A DNA stretch of 64,000 nucleotides from an uncultured delta proteobacterium (GCA_963782055.1 CAWAIF010000003.1:4576001-4640000), one strand, 5' to 3'; shown: positions 38,149 through 48,870, counted from the first letter of the stretch. Notes: a model not told the origin generated them from the letters alone. Made by a program: numbers and translations.

Positions 38149-39534
38149 ATGCGATCGAAGAAGGCCCCCGCCTCCGCGGGCCGCAAGCTGTTCGGCACCG
38201 ACGGCATCCGCGGCGTCGCCAACCTGGACAAGATGACCCCCGAGCTGGCGCTCCAGCTCGGGCGCGCCATCACGCACGTCGCCGGCCGTGGCAAGCACCA
38301 CGCGCCGCGCATCCTCATCGGCAAGGACACGCGCCTCTCCGGCTACATGATCGAGACGGCCCTGGCCTCCGGCATCTGCGCCATGGGCGGGCGCGTGCTG
38401 CTGTGCGGCCCGGTGCCCACCCCCGCGGTCGCGCACCTGACGGTGAGCATGCGCGCCGACGCCGGCATCGTCATCAGCGCCAGCCACAACCCCTACGACG
38501 ACAACGGCATCAAGATCTTCGGCGCCGACGGCTTCAAGCTCCCCGACGAGACGGAGGCGGAGATCGAGCGGCTCATGGGCAACGATGCCCTGCTGGGCGC
38601 GCGGCCGACGGGCCCGGGCATCGGCCGCGCAGAGAAGCTGGAGGACGCGCGAGGGCGCTACGTCGTCTTCGCCAAGCGCACCTTCCCCGCCGACCTTTCG
38701 CTCGACGGCGTGCGCATCGTCGTCGACGCCGCGCACGGCGCCGCGTACCGCGTCGCCCCGATGGTCTTCGCCGAGCTGGGGGCGAACGTCACCAGCATCG
38801 GCGTGAAGCCCAACGGCGTGAACATCAACAAGGACTGCGGCGCCATGCACCCGGACAACGTCCGGGCCGAGGTGGTGCGGCGCCGGGCGCAGATGGGCAT
38901 CGCCCTGGACGGCGACGCCGATCGCCTCATCCTCGTCGACGAGAAGGGCGCCATCGTCGACGGCGACGCCGTCATGGCGATGTGCGCGCGCCGCATGATC
39001 GAGGAGGGCGTGCTGCGCAGGCGGACCGTCGTCGCCACGGTCATGAGCAACCTGGGCCTGGAGCGCGCCCTGGAGTCGCTCGGCGCGCGCCTGCTCCGCA
39101 CGCAGGTGGGCGACCGCTACGTCGTGGAGGCGATGCGCGGCGGCGGCTACAACCTGGGCGGCGAGCAGTCCGGCCACCTGGTGTTCCTCGACCACGCGTC
39201 GACGGGCGACGGAGTCGTCGCGGCCCTGCAGGTGCTCGCCCTCGTGCTCCGGGCGCAGCGCCCGCTGAGCGACATCGCCCGCTCGGCGATGGAGCGCGTG
39301 CCCCAGGTGCTGCACAACGTCACCCTGCCGATACGCCTGCCGCTGGAGCACATGCCCACCCTCAGCAAGCGGAGCGCCGCGGTGACGAAGGCCCTCGGCA
39401 AGCGCGGCCGCCTGCTGGTCCGCTGGAGCGGCACCGAGGCCAAGCTCCGCATCATGCTGGAGGGCCCGAAGGAGAGCGCCCTGCGCGCCTGGGCCGAGGA
39501 TCTCGCCGCGGCCGCCGAGCGCGACGCCCGCTGA
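38149..39534 (+). CDS. glmM: Phosphoglucosamine mutase
   Basis: FGTDGIRG, GKDTRLSG, ISASHNP, DGDADR, GGEQSGH, RWSGTE. Confidence 0.95.
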   Translation: MRSKKAPASAGRKLFGTDGIRGVANLDKMTPELALQLGRAITHVAGRGKHHAPRILIGKDTRLSGYMIETALASGICAMGGRVLLCGPVPTPAVAHLTVSMRADAGIVISASHNPYDDNGIKIFGADGFKLPDETEAEIERLMGNDALLGARPTGPGIGRAEKLEDARGRYVVFAKRTFPADLSLDGVRIVVDAAHGAAYRVAPMVFAELGANVTSIGVKPNGVNINKDCGAMHPDNVRAEVVRRRAQMGIALDGDADRLILVDEKGAIVDGDAVMAMCARRMIEEGVLRRRTVVATVMSNLGLERALESLGARLLRTQVGDRYVVEAMRGGGYNLGGEQSGHLVFLDHASTGDGVVAALQVLALVLRAQRPLSDIARSAMERVPQVLHNVTLPIRLPLEHMPTLSKRSAAVTKALGKRGRLLVRWSGTEAKLRIMLEGPKESALRAWAEDLAAAAERDAR

Positions 39535-39695
39535 CCTTCGCTTGATGGGCAGCGCGGCGCAGCAGGGTCGTCGCGCGCACTTCAGGGCAGGGCTCGTTAC
39601 GTCGGGTTACGGCACGCCTAGGCGCGCTGGCGCGGGGCGTGTATTATGTCGACAGTGGATTCCTCTAGCCTTTGTCCTGCGCGGATGGCCAAGCC

Positions 39696-40886
39696 ATGAC
39701 GGAGAAGTACCTGGATGCGGATTCGGTGCGCCGCCTCCTCGGCGACGCCGCGGCCGGCCTCCCGCAGACCGGAGACGTGGTGGCGGGCAAGTACCGCATC
39801 CAGGGGACGATCGGCGCGGGCGGTGTCGCCGAGGTGCTGGAGGCGCACCACGAGCTGCTCGACAAGGTCGTCGCCCTCAAGCTGCTGGCGCCGCAGGCGA
39901 TGCCCGGCGGCGATTTCGCCGCGCTCTCCCAGCGCTTCCTCGCCGAGGCGCGCGCCGCGGCCAAGATCGAGAGCCCGCACGTCGCGCGGGTGATGGACGT
40001 GGGTACGCTGGAGGGCGGCGCCCCCTTCATCGTCATGGAGCGCCTGGAGGGCTGCAACCTGGAGGAGCTGCTGCTCCTCGAGCAACAGCTCTCGGTGGCC
40101 GACACGGTGGACTACGTCCTGCAGGCCTTGCAGGGCCTCGCGCACGCACACGTCCTGGGCGTGGTCCACCGCGATCTGAAGCCGGCGAACCTCTTCCTCG
40201 CTCGCCAGCCGGACGGCGGGTCCATCATCAAGATCCTGGACTTCGGCATCGCCATGCTGCTGGACGACGCCGGCCGGCCGGACAACGCCGCGCGCCTCAC
40301 CGGCAGCGGCGTCGTCGTCGGCTCGCCGCTGTACATGTCGCCGGAGCAGGTCCGCAACGACTCGACGATCGATCAGCGCACCGACATCTGGTCCATCGGC
40401 GTCGTCCTCTGCGAGCTGCTCACCGGGAAGGTCCCCTTCGGGCTCTCCGCGGTGGGGATGGGGGAGCTCTTCGCCGCCATCCTGGAGGAGCCGCTGGTGC
40501 CGATCTCCGAGCGTCGTCCGGACGCGCCGAAGGAGCTGGACGCCGTGATCGCGAAGTGTCTCGCGCGCGATCCCGCCGACCGCTACGCCGACGTCTCGCA
40601 GGTCGCGCGGGCGCTCGCGCCCTTCGGCAGCGGCAAGTGGGCGCACCTGCAGGACTCCATCGAGCAGGCGTTTCGCGCGCGCCTCGCCCGCATGTCCGGG
40701 CCGGAGGCGTTCGCGCCCACCGGGGCCGCGATCACCATCTCGCTGGCGGACACGCAGGACGCCGAGCCCGCGCCGGCGGCGCCGACGCCCGCGCGCAGTA
40801 AATCCCGCACCGGCCTCTGGGTGCTGCTGCTGCTCCTGGTGGCCGCCGGCACCGCGTGGGCTGGCTACCTGCACGCCCACCGGTAG
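39696..40886 (+). CDS. Ser/Thr protein kinase with C-terminal TM helix
   Basis: IGAGG, VALK, HRDLKPANLF, DFGIA, GSPLYMSPEQ, DIWSIG. Confidence 0.92.
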   Translation: MTEKYLDADSVRRLLGDAAAGLPQTGDVVAGKYRIQGTIGAGGVAEVLEAHHELLDKVVALKLLAPQAMPGGDFAALSQRFLAEARAAAKIESPHVARVMDVGTLEGGAPFIVMERLEGCNLEELLLLEQQLSVADTVDYVLQALQGLAHAHVLGVVHRDLKPANLFLARQPDGGSIIKILDFGIAMLLDDAGRPDNAARLTGSGVVVGSPLYMSPEQVRNDSTIDQRTDIWSIGVVLCELLTGKVPFGLSAVGMGELFAAILEEPLVPISERRPDAPKELDAVIAKCLARDPADRYADVSQVARALAPFGSGKWAHLQDSIEQAFRARLARMSGPEAFAPTGAAITISLADTQDAEPAPAAPTPARSKSRTGLWVLLLLLVAAGTAWAGYLHAHR

Positions 40887-41037
40887 ACCGCCCCAGCCCC
40901 CGATCGTTGGCCTGCTCCGGATCGGGGCCCCGGCATGATCCGGCGGTCAGGGTCGCCGCGGCGCGCACGGGTGGCATCCCCGCGCGGCGTTCCGTTTTTC
41001 TCAGCGCGCGTGATCAAACCGCCTGCGCCTGGCCATG

Positions 41038-41053
41038 TGGCATGGAACTCGCT
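41038..41053 (+). promoter_or_regulatory. Putative sigma54 promoter (TGGCATGGAACTCGCT)
   Basis: TGGCA, GG-N10-GC, 26 nt before ATG 41080. Confidence 0.45.
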
Positions 41054-41079
41054 GACGGACCGGCGAGCCTGGAGACCCC

Positions 41080-42087
41080 ATGCGTCCTTCCTTCCTTGCT
41101 TGTGCGGCCGCGGCCGCCGCCACTGCCCTCACCGTGTCCCCCGCAGCGCACGCGGGCGACGCCGCCGACCTGCCGCTCCCCGCGGTCGTGGAGTACTCCG
41201 CGCCCGACGGCTGCCCCTCGCCGCGCGCCTTTCGGGAGCTGCTGAAAGCCGAGTCCGAGGACACCTCGCGGCTCGGACGCCCGTGGCGGTTCTCGGTCGG
41301 CATCGCGCGGACCTCCAGCGGCTACCGCGGCACCCTCACCACCGAGCACGGCACGCGCGTCCTCGACGCGAGGTCGTGCGACGAGGTCGCCGGCGCGCTG
41401 GCGATGGACATCGCGCTGGCGGCGCCTGATCCCGGCGACGCCGGCGAGACGGGCGACGCTGCCCCGCCCGCCGCGCCGTCCGCGGCGACGCCGCCTGCCG
41501 CGCCTCCAGCCCCGTCCGCGCCGGCCGCGTCCCCTCCCCCTCCCGCGCCGGTGGCGCTCGCACGCACGCACGCCGCGACGCCGGCCGACGACGCCAGCGG
41601 CAGGAAGCACGCCGGGTCGGGCGTGGAGCGCCGCATCGGCCTGCGCATGCAGCACCTGGGCGACGGCTCGCAGCTCTCGGCGAACGGTCCGTCGGTCACC
41701 GCGAGCTACGACTTTCCCTTCGGCCTGCCGCGGATGGAGATCGGCGTGGGCCTGAGCGTGCTCCTGCAGCCGCCGCTCGGCACGCCCGACACCACCAACG
41801 GCGCGTCCTCCAGCGTGCACCCGTGGCTGCTGCTCGACGGCGAGGTGTGTCCCATCGATGTGCCCATCGCCTCCACCGGGCTCGCCGTCCTCGGCTGCGG
41901 CCGCATCGCGATCGGCGAGGCGGGCGGCTACGGCTTCGTCGGGTGGGCCGGCGGCGGCGGTCGCGTGCGGTGGCAGTCGCCGTGGAGACTCTGGGTCGAT
42001 GCGCACCTCGATGGGTTGTATGGTACACGCATCGAGGGCATCCCCGCGCTGATGGACGCCGGCGGTGGCATCGGCGTCGACTTCTGA
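41080..42087 (+). CDS. Exported protein: Cys-pair N-domain, Pro linker, beta-barrel-like C-domain (ECF module 1)
   Basis: Signal peptide; YSAPDGCPS...SCDEVAGALA; alternating beta-strand pattern ending GIGVDF; same architecture as 58421-59509. Confidence 0.65.
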   Translation: MRPSFLACAAAAAATALTVSPAAHAGDAADLPLPAVVEYSAPDGCPSPRAFRELLKAESEDTSRLGRPWRFSVGIARTSSGYRGTLTTEHGTRVLDARSCDEVAGALAMDIALAAPDPGDAGETGDAAPPAAPSAATPPAAPPAPSAPAASPPPPAPVALARTHAATPADDASGRKHAGSGVERRIGLRMQHLGDGSQLSANGPSVTASYDFPFGLPRMEIGVGLSVLLQPPLGTPDTTNGASSSVHPWLLLDGEVCPIDVPIASTGLAVLGCGRIAIGEAGGYGFVGWAGGGGRVRWQSPWRLWVDAHLDGLYGTRIEGIPALMDAGGGIGVDF

Positions 42088-42632
42088 GCTGCTGGCCGCG
42101 GCGGCGGCCGGGGCGGCGGCGATGGCCGGCGAGGCGCGCCTGCGCGCGTGCGTGCGCGAGCACCTCGGCCTCGTCTGGCGCATGCTCCGGCGGCAGGGCC
42201 TCGGCGGCGCCGACGCCGACGACGCCGCCCAGCGCGTCTTTCTGGTGCTGTCGCGCCGCATGCACGACGTGGAGCCGGGACGTGAGCGCGCCTTCCTGCT
42301 CCGGACTGCCGTCCACGTCGCCTCCGAGACGCGGCGCGCCGCGCGGCGGCGGCGCGAGGTGGACGATCCGGCGCCGGAGCTGCGCGAGGCCGCCGCCGCG
42401 AGACCCGACGCGGCGCTGGAGCGGCGCCAGGCGCTGGAGCGGCTGGACGCCATCCTCGCCGGGATGGAGGAGCCGCTGCGCGCGGTCTTCGTCCTGTACG
42501 AGATTCGAGGAGATGACGATGGCGAGCATCGCGGAGGCGCTGGGCGTGCCTCCGGGCACGGTGGCCTCGCGCCTGCGGCGCGCGCGCGAGCACTTCCAGG
42601 CGGCGTGCGCGCAGGGACAGAGCGAGCGATGA
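42065..42632 (+). pseudogene. ECF RNA polymerase sigma factor with +1 frameshift at 42504-42505
   Basis: Sigma2 VWRMLRR..ADDAAQRVF; sigma4 EEMTMASIAEALGVPPGTVASRLRRAR lies in another frame; removing one T from GATTCG restores the frame; start could be 42122. Confidence 0.8.
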
Positions 42633-43372
42633 ACGAGCCGAAGCGACTCCTCGAGGGCGCGCTCGACCCGCGCGCGCGATCGCTGCTCGCGGCGGCGAAG
42701 GGAGAGAGGCCGGACGCGCGCGCCCACGCGGCGGTGCTGGGGGCGCTCGGCCTGCGGCCGGCCGGCCTCGCGCTTCTGGTGGCGACGCTCCGCCGCCCTG
42801 TCGCGCTGGCCGCGCGCGCGCTCGCCTCGAAGGCGACGATCGCCGCCGTGGCCGCCGCCGTGGCCGTGACCGCCGGCTACGCCGCGCACGACAGACTGGG
42901 GCGTCCTCCCGCGGCGATCGACGCGCCAGCCGCCGTCGTCACCGCGAGGGCGACGCGCCCTGCGGCGCCGCCGCGCCCGCCCGTGCCGGCGGCAGCGCCC
43001 GCCGCCTCCGCGAGCGCCCCGACCACCGCGAGCGCGCGGACGGCGCCCGCCGCACCGCGCGCGCACGCGAGGCGCGTGGCTCACGCGCCGCGGCCGCACC
43101 TCGCCTCCTCCGCGCCCGACGCGCTCGCCGCGGAGATCGCGCTGCTGCGACGGGCGCACCGGGCGGTGGACGCGGGCGACGGCCGCCGCGCCCTGGCGCT
43201 CCTGGACGAGCACGACGCTGCGTTCCCGCGCGGGCGACTGGCCGAGGAGGCGCTGGGGCTCCGCGTCCGCGCGCTCCGCCTGACCGGCGACACCGGCGCC
43301 GCGCGGGCCGCGCTGGACGCCCTGCGCACGCGCCACCCCTCGAGCGTCCTGCTCCCCGCGCTGGAGCGCTGA
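42629..43372 (+). CDS. Putative anti-sigma factor (TM + C-terminal TPR-like helical domain)
   Basis: ATGA overlap with sigma stop; LAAEIALL..A...GD...ALALLDEH...FPRGRLAEE motif shared with 60140-60898. Confidence 0.7.
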   Translation: MNEPKRLLEGALDPRARSLLAAAKGERPDARAHAAVLGALGLRPAGLALLVATLRRPVALAARALASKATIAAVAAAVAVTAGYAAHDRLGRPPAAIDAPAAVVTARATRPAAPPRPPVPAAAPAASASAPTTASARTAPAAPRAHARRVAHAPRPHLASSAPDALAAEIALLRRAHRAVDAGDGRRALALLDEHDAAFPRGRLAEEALGLRVRALRLTGDTGAARAALDALRTRHPSSVLLPALER

Positions 43373-43395
43373 GGATCACGTCAGGCGGTGGCCTC

Positions 43396-44586
43396 TCAGG
43401 GCTTCTTCACCTTGAGGATGCGCCCGTCCACCGAGTTGGACCCCGCGGTGCCCTCCTCCACCCAGTAGACGTAGTCCGCGTCCACCGCCACGCCGTACGG
43501 TGCGTTCGCGCCCGTGGCGACGACGATCGGCCCGCCCGCGCAGCTCGGCAGCGCGCAGGCGAGCACCTGACCCTGCCCCGCCACGCTGCCGGCCAGCGCG
43601 CTGAAGTACACGTTCGTGTCGTCCACCGCCAGGTACTCCGGATCGGCCTGGCCCGTCACGACCACCTGCGGCTTGCCGGAGCAGCCCGCCGACCCGCACC
43701 GCAGCACCGAGCCCGCGGCGGTATCTGTAAAGTACACGTATCCGTTGTTGACCACGATGTCCGTCGGCCCGCTGAGGCCCGTCGCGAAGGGCTGCGGCCC
43801 ACCCGCGCAGTCCGGCAGGGGGCACGAGTAGACCGCCTTGCCGGCGTAGCTGGTCCAGTAGAGCGTCGTCGCGTTCACGGCGAGAGAGAGCGGCGACGCC
43901 CCGGTCTGCGTGGCGATGGGGAGCGGCCCGCCGGTGGTGGTGCACGCCGCGACGTAGCACCCGGCCGTCGAGGAGCACTTGAGGATGGAGTCGGTCCACG
44001 CGTCGGTGGTGCAGGCGCTCGCGTTGTTTGGCGAAGAGGTGGCGACGTACAAGAAGCCGTTGCTCACCGCGATGCCGCTGGGCGAGGGAATGTCCCGCGC
44101 CAGGATGTACGACTGCCCGCCGGTCTTGAAGACGCTGTCGAAGGAGCCGAGGACATCGGAGTCGTTGGTCCAGTACAGGCGCGTCCCGTCGGTCGTCAGC
44201 CGCTCGGGGAAGACCTGCGCGCCGGCGACGACCGTCCGGCCGCTGCCGTCCACCTTGCTCATCGACTCCACGCTGATGCTCCCGTGGTCGGCGAAGTAGA
44301 CGTTCTGGTCGTCGACCAGGATGGCGCGCGGGCCCGGCACGCCGGAGGCGAGCACGGTGGGGGTGCACGCGCCGGACTCGCAGGTCGTCTCGCAGGTGCG
44401 CCCGCAGTCGCCGCAGTTTCCGGGATCGCTGGAGACATCGACGCACTTGCCCCCGCACACCTTGCCGCAGGCGTCGGCGTCCCCATCGGCCCCGCCGTCC
44501 CCTCCGCCCGCGAGGAGGGAGGAGTCGTAGACCGAGCACCCGAAGCAGAAGCACGAGAACGCGAGCATCGCCGCGCGAAGCGACAT
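43396..44586 (-). CDS. Secreted Cys-rich + beta-propeller lipoprotein
   Basis: Lipobox FGC; CVDVSSDPGNCGDCG; repeats VDDQNVYF, NATTLYWT, VDDTNVYF, VDADYVYW. Confidence 0.75.
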   Translation of the reverse strand: MSLRAAMLAFSCFCFGCSVYDSSLLAGGGDGGADGDADACGKVCGGKCVDVSSDPGNCGDCGRTCETTCESGACTPTVLASGVPGPRAILVDDQNVYFADHGSISVESMSKVDGSGRTVVAGAQVFPERLTTDGTRLYWTNDSDVLGSFDSVFKTGGQSYILARDIPSPSGIAVSNGFLYVATSSPNNASACTTDAWTDSILKCSSTAGCYVAACTTTGGPLPIATQTGASPLSLAVNATTLYWTSYAGKAVYSCPLPDCAGGPQPFATGLSGPTDIVVNNGYVYFTDTAAGSVLRCGSAGCSGKPQVVVTGQADPEYLAVDDTNVYFSALAGSVAGQGQVLACALPSCAGGPIVVATGANAPYGVAVDADYVYWVEEGTAGSNSVDGRILKVKKP

Positions 44587-44667
44587 CCTCACAGATCTAC
44601 CACGACCGGGGACCGCCCGGGTGCGCGGGCGCCGGCGGCCCTGACGGCGTAAGACGTGGGATAGAGC

Positions 44668-46152
44668 ATGGAAGGAGCCCAAGGTAGCGCCTGCGCAGGC
44701 GGTCTGACGGGCGTGCGGACGCTCGGGATGCTCGCGCTCACGGCCGCGGTGTGCTTCGCGCCCGCCTGCGCCGCGCGGCGCTCGCTGCCCACGCACACGG
44801 CGACCATCTCCGCCGAGGCCCTCCGGCTGGGGCGCACCATGCGGGCCTTCCGCAACGCCGAGCCCATCTTCCTCGAGCAGCTCGGGTGGGACGCCCGCCT
44901 GCTCGAGCGCACCACCGCCAAGCCCACACCCGCCGAGCTGGCCTCGGCGGAGGTCGGCGGCCACCTCTCCAGCGCGCGCCGCGGGTGGGTCCGCCGCAAG
45001 TTCGAGGACCCCTTCCTCTTCACCGACCGCCAGGTCTCTCTCCACCGCGTGCGCGACGTGGTGGACTCGGTGGAGCTGCTCGAGGACTCCGCGCTCCGCC
45101 GCGACGTGCTCGCCGGCGGCGGCCTGCTCTCCAAGGATCCGGAGATCGCCTCGCTCACCCTGGATCAGCACCTGCTCTGGCGCATGCTGCAGGAGGAGAG
45201 CACCCGACTGGAGCGCGAGCGCGACCTCCCGCGCGGCGCGGCCGCGCTGGTGCGCGCGTGCGTCGTCGAGTGGCCGCTCGATGCCACGCCGGCCGATCGC
45301 GCGGCGATGGACGCCACGCTCGCGTGGCGGCTGGGTCAGGTCTCCGACTCGCTCGCGCCCAACGCGCTGTCGGAGGCGGAGCGCGAGGATCTGCAGGAGG
45401 CGCTCGCGAGTCTTCACGTCCTGGTCCGCGACCGCGGCGACATGCCGAAGGCAAGCGCGGCGATGGGCCACCTCGAGGAGCGCCTGGTGGCGATGTGGGC
45501 CGCGCCTTACTCGCTCGACGACGAGGAGGCGGTGGAGGCCTCGCTGCGGAAGTTCCTCGGGCTCACCATCCCCTTCGACAGACTGGACGATGCGCTCGCG
45601 CGCGCCGACGCCGCCCTGCGCGGCCAGGTGCAGGCGGGCCTCTCGGTGCTCGGCGCCCGGTACCAGGTGCGCGTCCGGCGTCGCGCGCGCGCCATCCTGC
45701 TCGGTGCGTCGCCGTGCCGGCCGCGCGCGCCTCTGGAGACCACCCGCGACATGGCGCCGCCACCGGAGCGCGCGTGGGCGTGCTCGCTCGTCCGCGCGCT
45801 CGACCTGGCGCACAGCGACGAGCAGGAGCTCGCCGCGCTGCTCGCCCTGCACGACGGCGTGGTGGTCGCGCGGTGGAGCGTCTCGCTGCACGGCGCGGTG
45901 CGCGAGCCCTCCGCCGCGCTCCGGCGAGCCCACACCATCCTCTCGCTCACGCGGCCGCAGCAACACCTGCTGCTGGCGATGGCCGGGGCGCGTCCGGAGC
46001 GGGCGATCGCCGCGGGCCTCGCCGCGCGCGTCGTCCTGCGCGACGGCCCGGCGAACGCGCGGGCGCGAGTGCGCGCGTGGCGCATCTTCGGCGAGGCCCC
46101 TTACGACGCCGTGGAGGCGGCGCTGCTGCTGCAGCGCGCGCGGGGCGGCTGA
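44668..46152 (+). CDS. Hypothetical helical protein, possibly lipoprotein (start may be 44728)
   Basis: Long ORF with host-like codon usage; hydrophobic N-region; no family recognised. Confidence 0.55.
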   Translation: MEGAQGSACAGGLTGVRTLGMLALTAAVCFAPACAARRSLPTHTATISAEALRLGRTMRAFRNAEPIFLEQLGWDARLLERTTAKPTPAELASAEVGGHLSSARRGWVRRKFEDPFLFTDRQVSLHRVRDVVDSVELLEDSALRRDVLAGGGLLSKDPEIASLTLDQHLLWRMLQEESTRLERERDLPRGAAALVRACVVEWPLDATPADRAAMDATLAWRLGQVSDSLAPNALSEAEREDLQEALASLHVLVRDRGDMPKASAAMGHLEERLVAMWAAPYSLDDEEAVEASLRKFLGLTIPFDRLDDALARADAALRGQVQAGLSVLGARYQVRVRRRARAILLGASPCRPRAPLETTRDMAPPPERAWACSLVRALDLAHSDEQELAALLALHDGVVVARWSVSLHGAVREPSAALRRAHTILSLTRPQQHLLLAMAGARPERAIAAGLAARVVLRDGPANARARVRAWRIFGEAPYDAVEAALLLQRARGG

Positions 46153-46285
46153 GCGCGCGCGCTGCGGGATCGCCAGATGTGTCGCCCTGTGCCGCGCCGG
46201 ATCGCCGATGCGCTCCGAGCCGCTCCACGCGCCGGCCATTACGCAGTAACTCGCCTGGCTTGCAACTTGCTACTGACGCAACCTC

Positions 46286-48260
46286 ATGAGACCGGTCGGC
46301 TGGCTGGTGCTGACGGGTCTCACGGCCCTCGCGGCGCTGGACGCGCTGGGCATCGCCGTCCGCGCGCGGCCCGCCGGGCGCGCCGAGCTCGGGGTCATCG
46401 CGTCCGCCGTCTTCTTCGCCTTCCTCTCCCTCCCCGTGCTGGCCCTGGGCTACGCCGGCTGGCTCACACCTCTCCGGCTCGGCGGCGTCTCGCTCACGGT
46501 CTTCGCCGCCGCCTTCGCGTTACTCGCGCGGCGCGCGGGCGTGCGCGCGCTCCTGGTGGAGTCTCGCCGCGCCGCCGCGGGCCTGGCGCGCATGCCCCTG
46601 GACGCGCTGCGAGAGGCGGCGCGGGCTCGCAGCGTGGTGCTGCTGGGGCTCCTCGGCGCGGGCGGGGTCGTGCTCGCGGCGCTCGTGCTCACCGTCTTCG
46701 TCCCCAACGGGGCCTGGGACGGCTTCCTCTACCACGAGCCCATCATCGGCTTCGCCATCCAGAACCACGGCTTCGCCGTCGTCCCCCTCCAGTTGCACCA
46801 GACGGCCCAGGCCATCAACGGCTACCCGCACCTCTGCGAGTCGGTGGGCATCTGGTTCGTCATCTTCACCGACAAGACGCTCATCGAGCTCCCCAACACC
46901 CTCGCGGCCCCGGCGATGATGCTGGCGGCGTACGTGCTCGTGCGCCGCTTCGGCGACCGCGTGACCTCGATGGGCTGGGCGTGCGTGCTCCTGCTCGTGC
47001 CGCAAGCGTGGACGCAGCTCTGCCAGACCTACATCGACGTCGAGGTGGCCTTCTTCGCGCTCGCCGCCCTCGCCTTCGTGACGCGGCCGGCGTATCGCCT
47101 CCGCGACGCGGTGCTCGCCACCCTCGCGCTGGTGCTCTTCGCCGGATTCGAAGAGCTCGGCGCTGGCCACCGTGCCACTGCTCGCTCTGCTCGCGTACGG
47201 GCGCCTCGTCGCCGGGCACCGCCGCCGGCGGCTGGCCACGCTCGCCGTCGTGCTCTGCGGCGGCGCGGTCCTCGCCGCGGTGGGGCTGGTCACGCCGGTG
47301 CGTAACTGGATCGCCTTCCACGACCCGCTCTGGCCCGTCTCCTTCGACAGCGCGCGGCTGGGCCTCCACTTCAAGGGGCTCATCTCGCTGAAGGACGTGA
47401 CCTCCGATGGTCCCTTCGGCGATGCGTACGGCGTGCCGCAGGGCGGCACCGATGACGTGCTGGCCCACGGATACGGCTACGCGGTGGCGTGGGTGGTCGT
47501 GCCGCTCGGCCTGCTGGCCATGGGCCTCGGCGTCCTCGTCCGCGGCCGCGACCTGCTGCGCCGGAGGGGGCGCTCCGGACCGGCGGGCCTGGGGCTCGTG
47601 CTGCTCGCCGTCGTCCTCTGCATGCTCACCGCGCCCACCTTCAGCAGCCGCAGCGCCCGCTACGATCTGCACATCGTGGCCGGGCTGATGGCGCTGGGCA
47701 CGTGGCTGCTCGCGCGGCCGCGGTGGGCGCGCGCACGGGAGGGCCTGCTCGCCGCCGCGATCGTGCTCTCCTTGATCCCGCTGCGCTGGATGAAGGGCTG
47801 GTGCTGGTACTGGGTGTCGACCAAGCACCTGGAGGACGTGGCGCGCCACCCGCTCGCCTCGCGCAAGGTCCTCGCCAGACCGGAGTTCGACCTGCTCGGG
47901 CGGCAGCGAGAGGAGGAGCTGCACCGCGGAGATCTGGTCGTCTTCGACGACGACGTGGACTTCATCGGCGCCCTCTGGAACTTCGAGATGTCCAACCGGC
48001 TCGAGTACGTGCACTACACCAGCAAGGGAGCGTTCCTCGCGACCGTGAGGCGCCTCCACCCGACGTGGGTGGTCGTGGGCGCCGACAGCGACGCGCGCAA
48101 GGCGCTGGAGGGCAGTCCGCACTGGGCGCTCGTCGGCACCGTGACGCCCGACACCGACGCCGCCTTCCGCCGCAGCTCCGCCGCGCCCGCGATCGCTACC
48201 GCTCCAGCTTCCGCACGCCTCCCGGCCCCGCGACGAGCACGACGCTCGCCCGCCCGATGA
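46286..48260 (+). pseudogene. Polytopic membrane protein (GT-C glycosyltransferase-like), +1 frameshift at 47147-47148
   Basis: Many TM helices; loop WDGFLYH...YPH, YID; removing one T joins ORFs 46286 and 47172 as AGSKSSALATVPL. Confidence 0.65.
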
Positions 48261-48870
48261 AGAGCCCCACCTCCACGACACCGGGGATGGCGTCCATGGC
48301 GAGCTCCACCTTCGCGGGGTCGTCCATCGGCCCCGTCTTCACGTCAAGGATGGTGTTGCCCGCGTCGGTGACGAAGGTCTTGCCGTCCTTCTGCCGCAGC
48401 GTGACCGGGCCGAAGGCCTCCAGCTGGCGGCGCGTCTCGGCGAAGCCGAAGTGAAGCACCTCGACCGGGACGGCCCACTTCTCCCCCAGGCGCTTCGAGA
48501 GCTTGCTCTCGTCGACGATGACGACGTTGCGCCGCGACGCCTGGTTGACAATCTTCTCCCGCGTCAGCGCGCCGCCGCCGCCCTTGATCAGGTTGAGGTG
48601 CTCGTCCACCTCGTCGGCGCCGTCCACGCACACGACGAGGTCCCAGGGCTCCTCGTCGCCGAGCAACGGGATCCCCAGCGCCTCCGCCTGCGCCCGCGTC
48701 CCGCGAGACGTGGGTACGCCGCGGTACGTCGCGCCGGCCTTCACCCGCGCCCCGACCTCGTCGACGAAGAGCTTGGCCGTGGACCCGGAGCCGAGCCCCA
48801 GGGTGCCCGACGCGGGGAGCTCGGCGATGGCGGCCTTCGCGGCGAGGAGCTTGGCTTCGTTCTGGTCCAT
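48196..48870 (-). CDS. rpiA: Ribose-5-phosphate isomerase A
   Basis: GLGSGST, DGADEVD, IKGGGGALTREK, VPVEV, TDAGN, IPGVVEVGLF. Confidence 0.95.
   Translation of the reverse strand: MDQNEAKLLAAKAAIAELPASGTLGLGSGSTAKLFVDEVGARVKAGATYRGVPTSRGTRAQAEALGIPLLGDEEPWDLVVCVDGADEVDEHLNLIKGGGGALTREKIVNQASRRNVVIVDESKLSKRLGEKWAVPVEVLHFGFAETRRQLEAFGPVTLRQKDGKTFVTDAGNTILDVKTGPMDDPAKVELAMDAIPGVVEVGLFIGRASVVLVAGPGGVRKLER

Noticed and set aside
41053..41079. TGACGG upstream of ECF module 1 as another copy of the module-2 promoter
   Set aside because: No CACT at the 17-nt spacing, and it sits too close to the ATG
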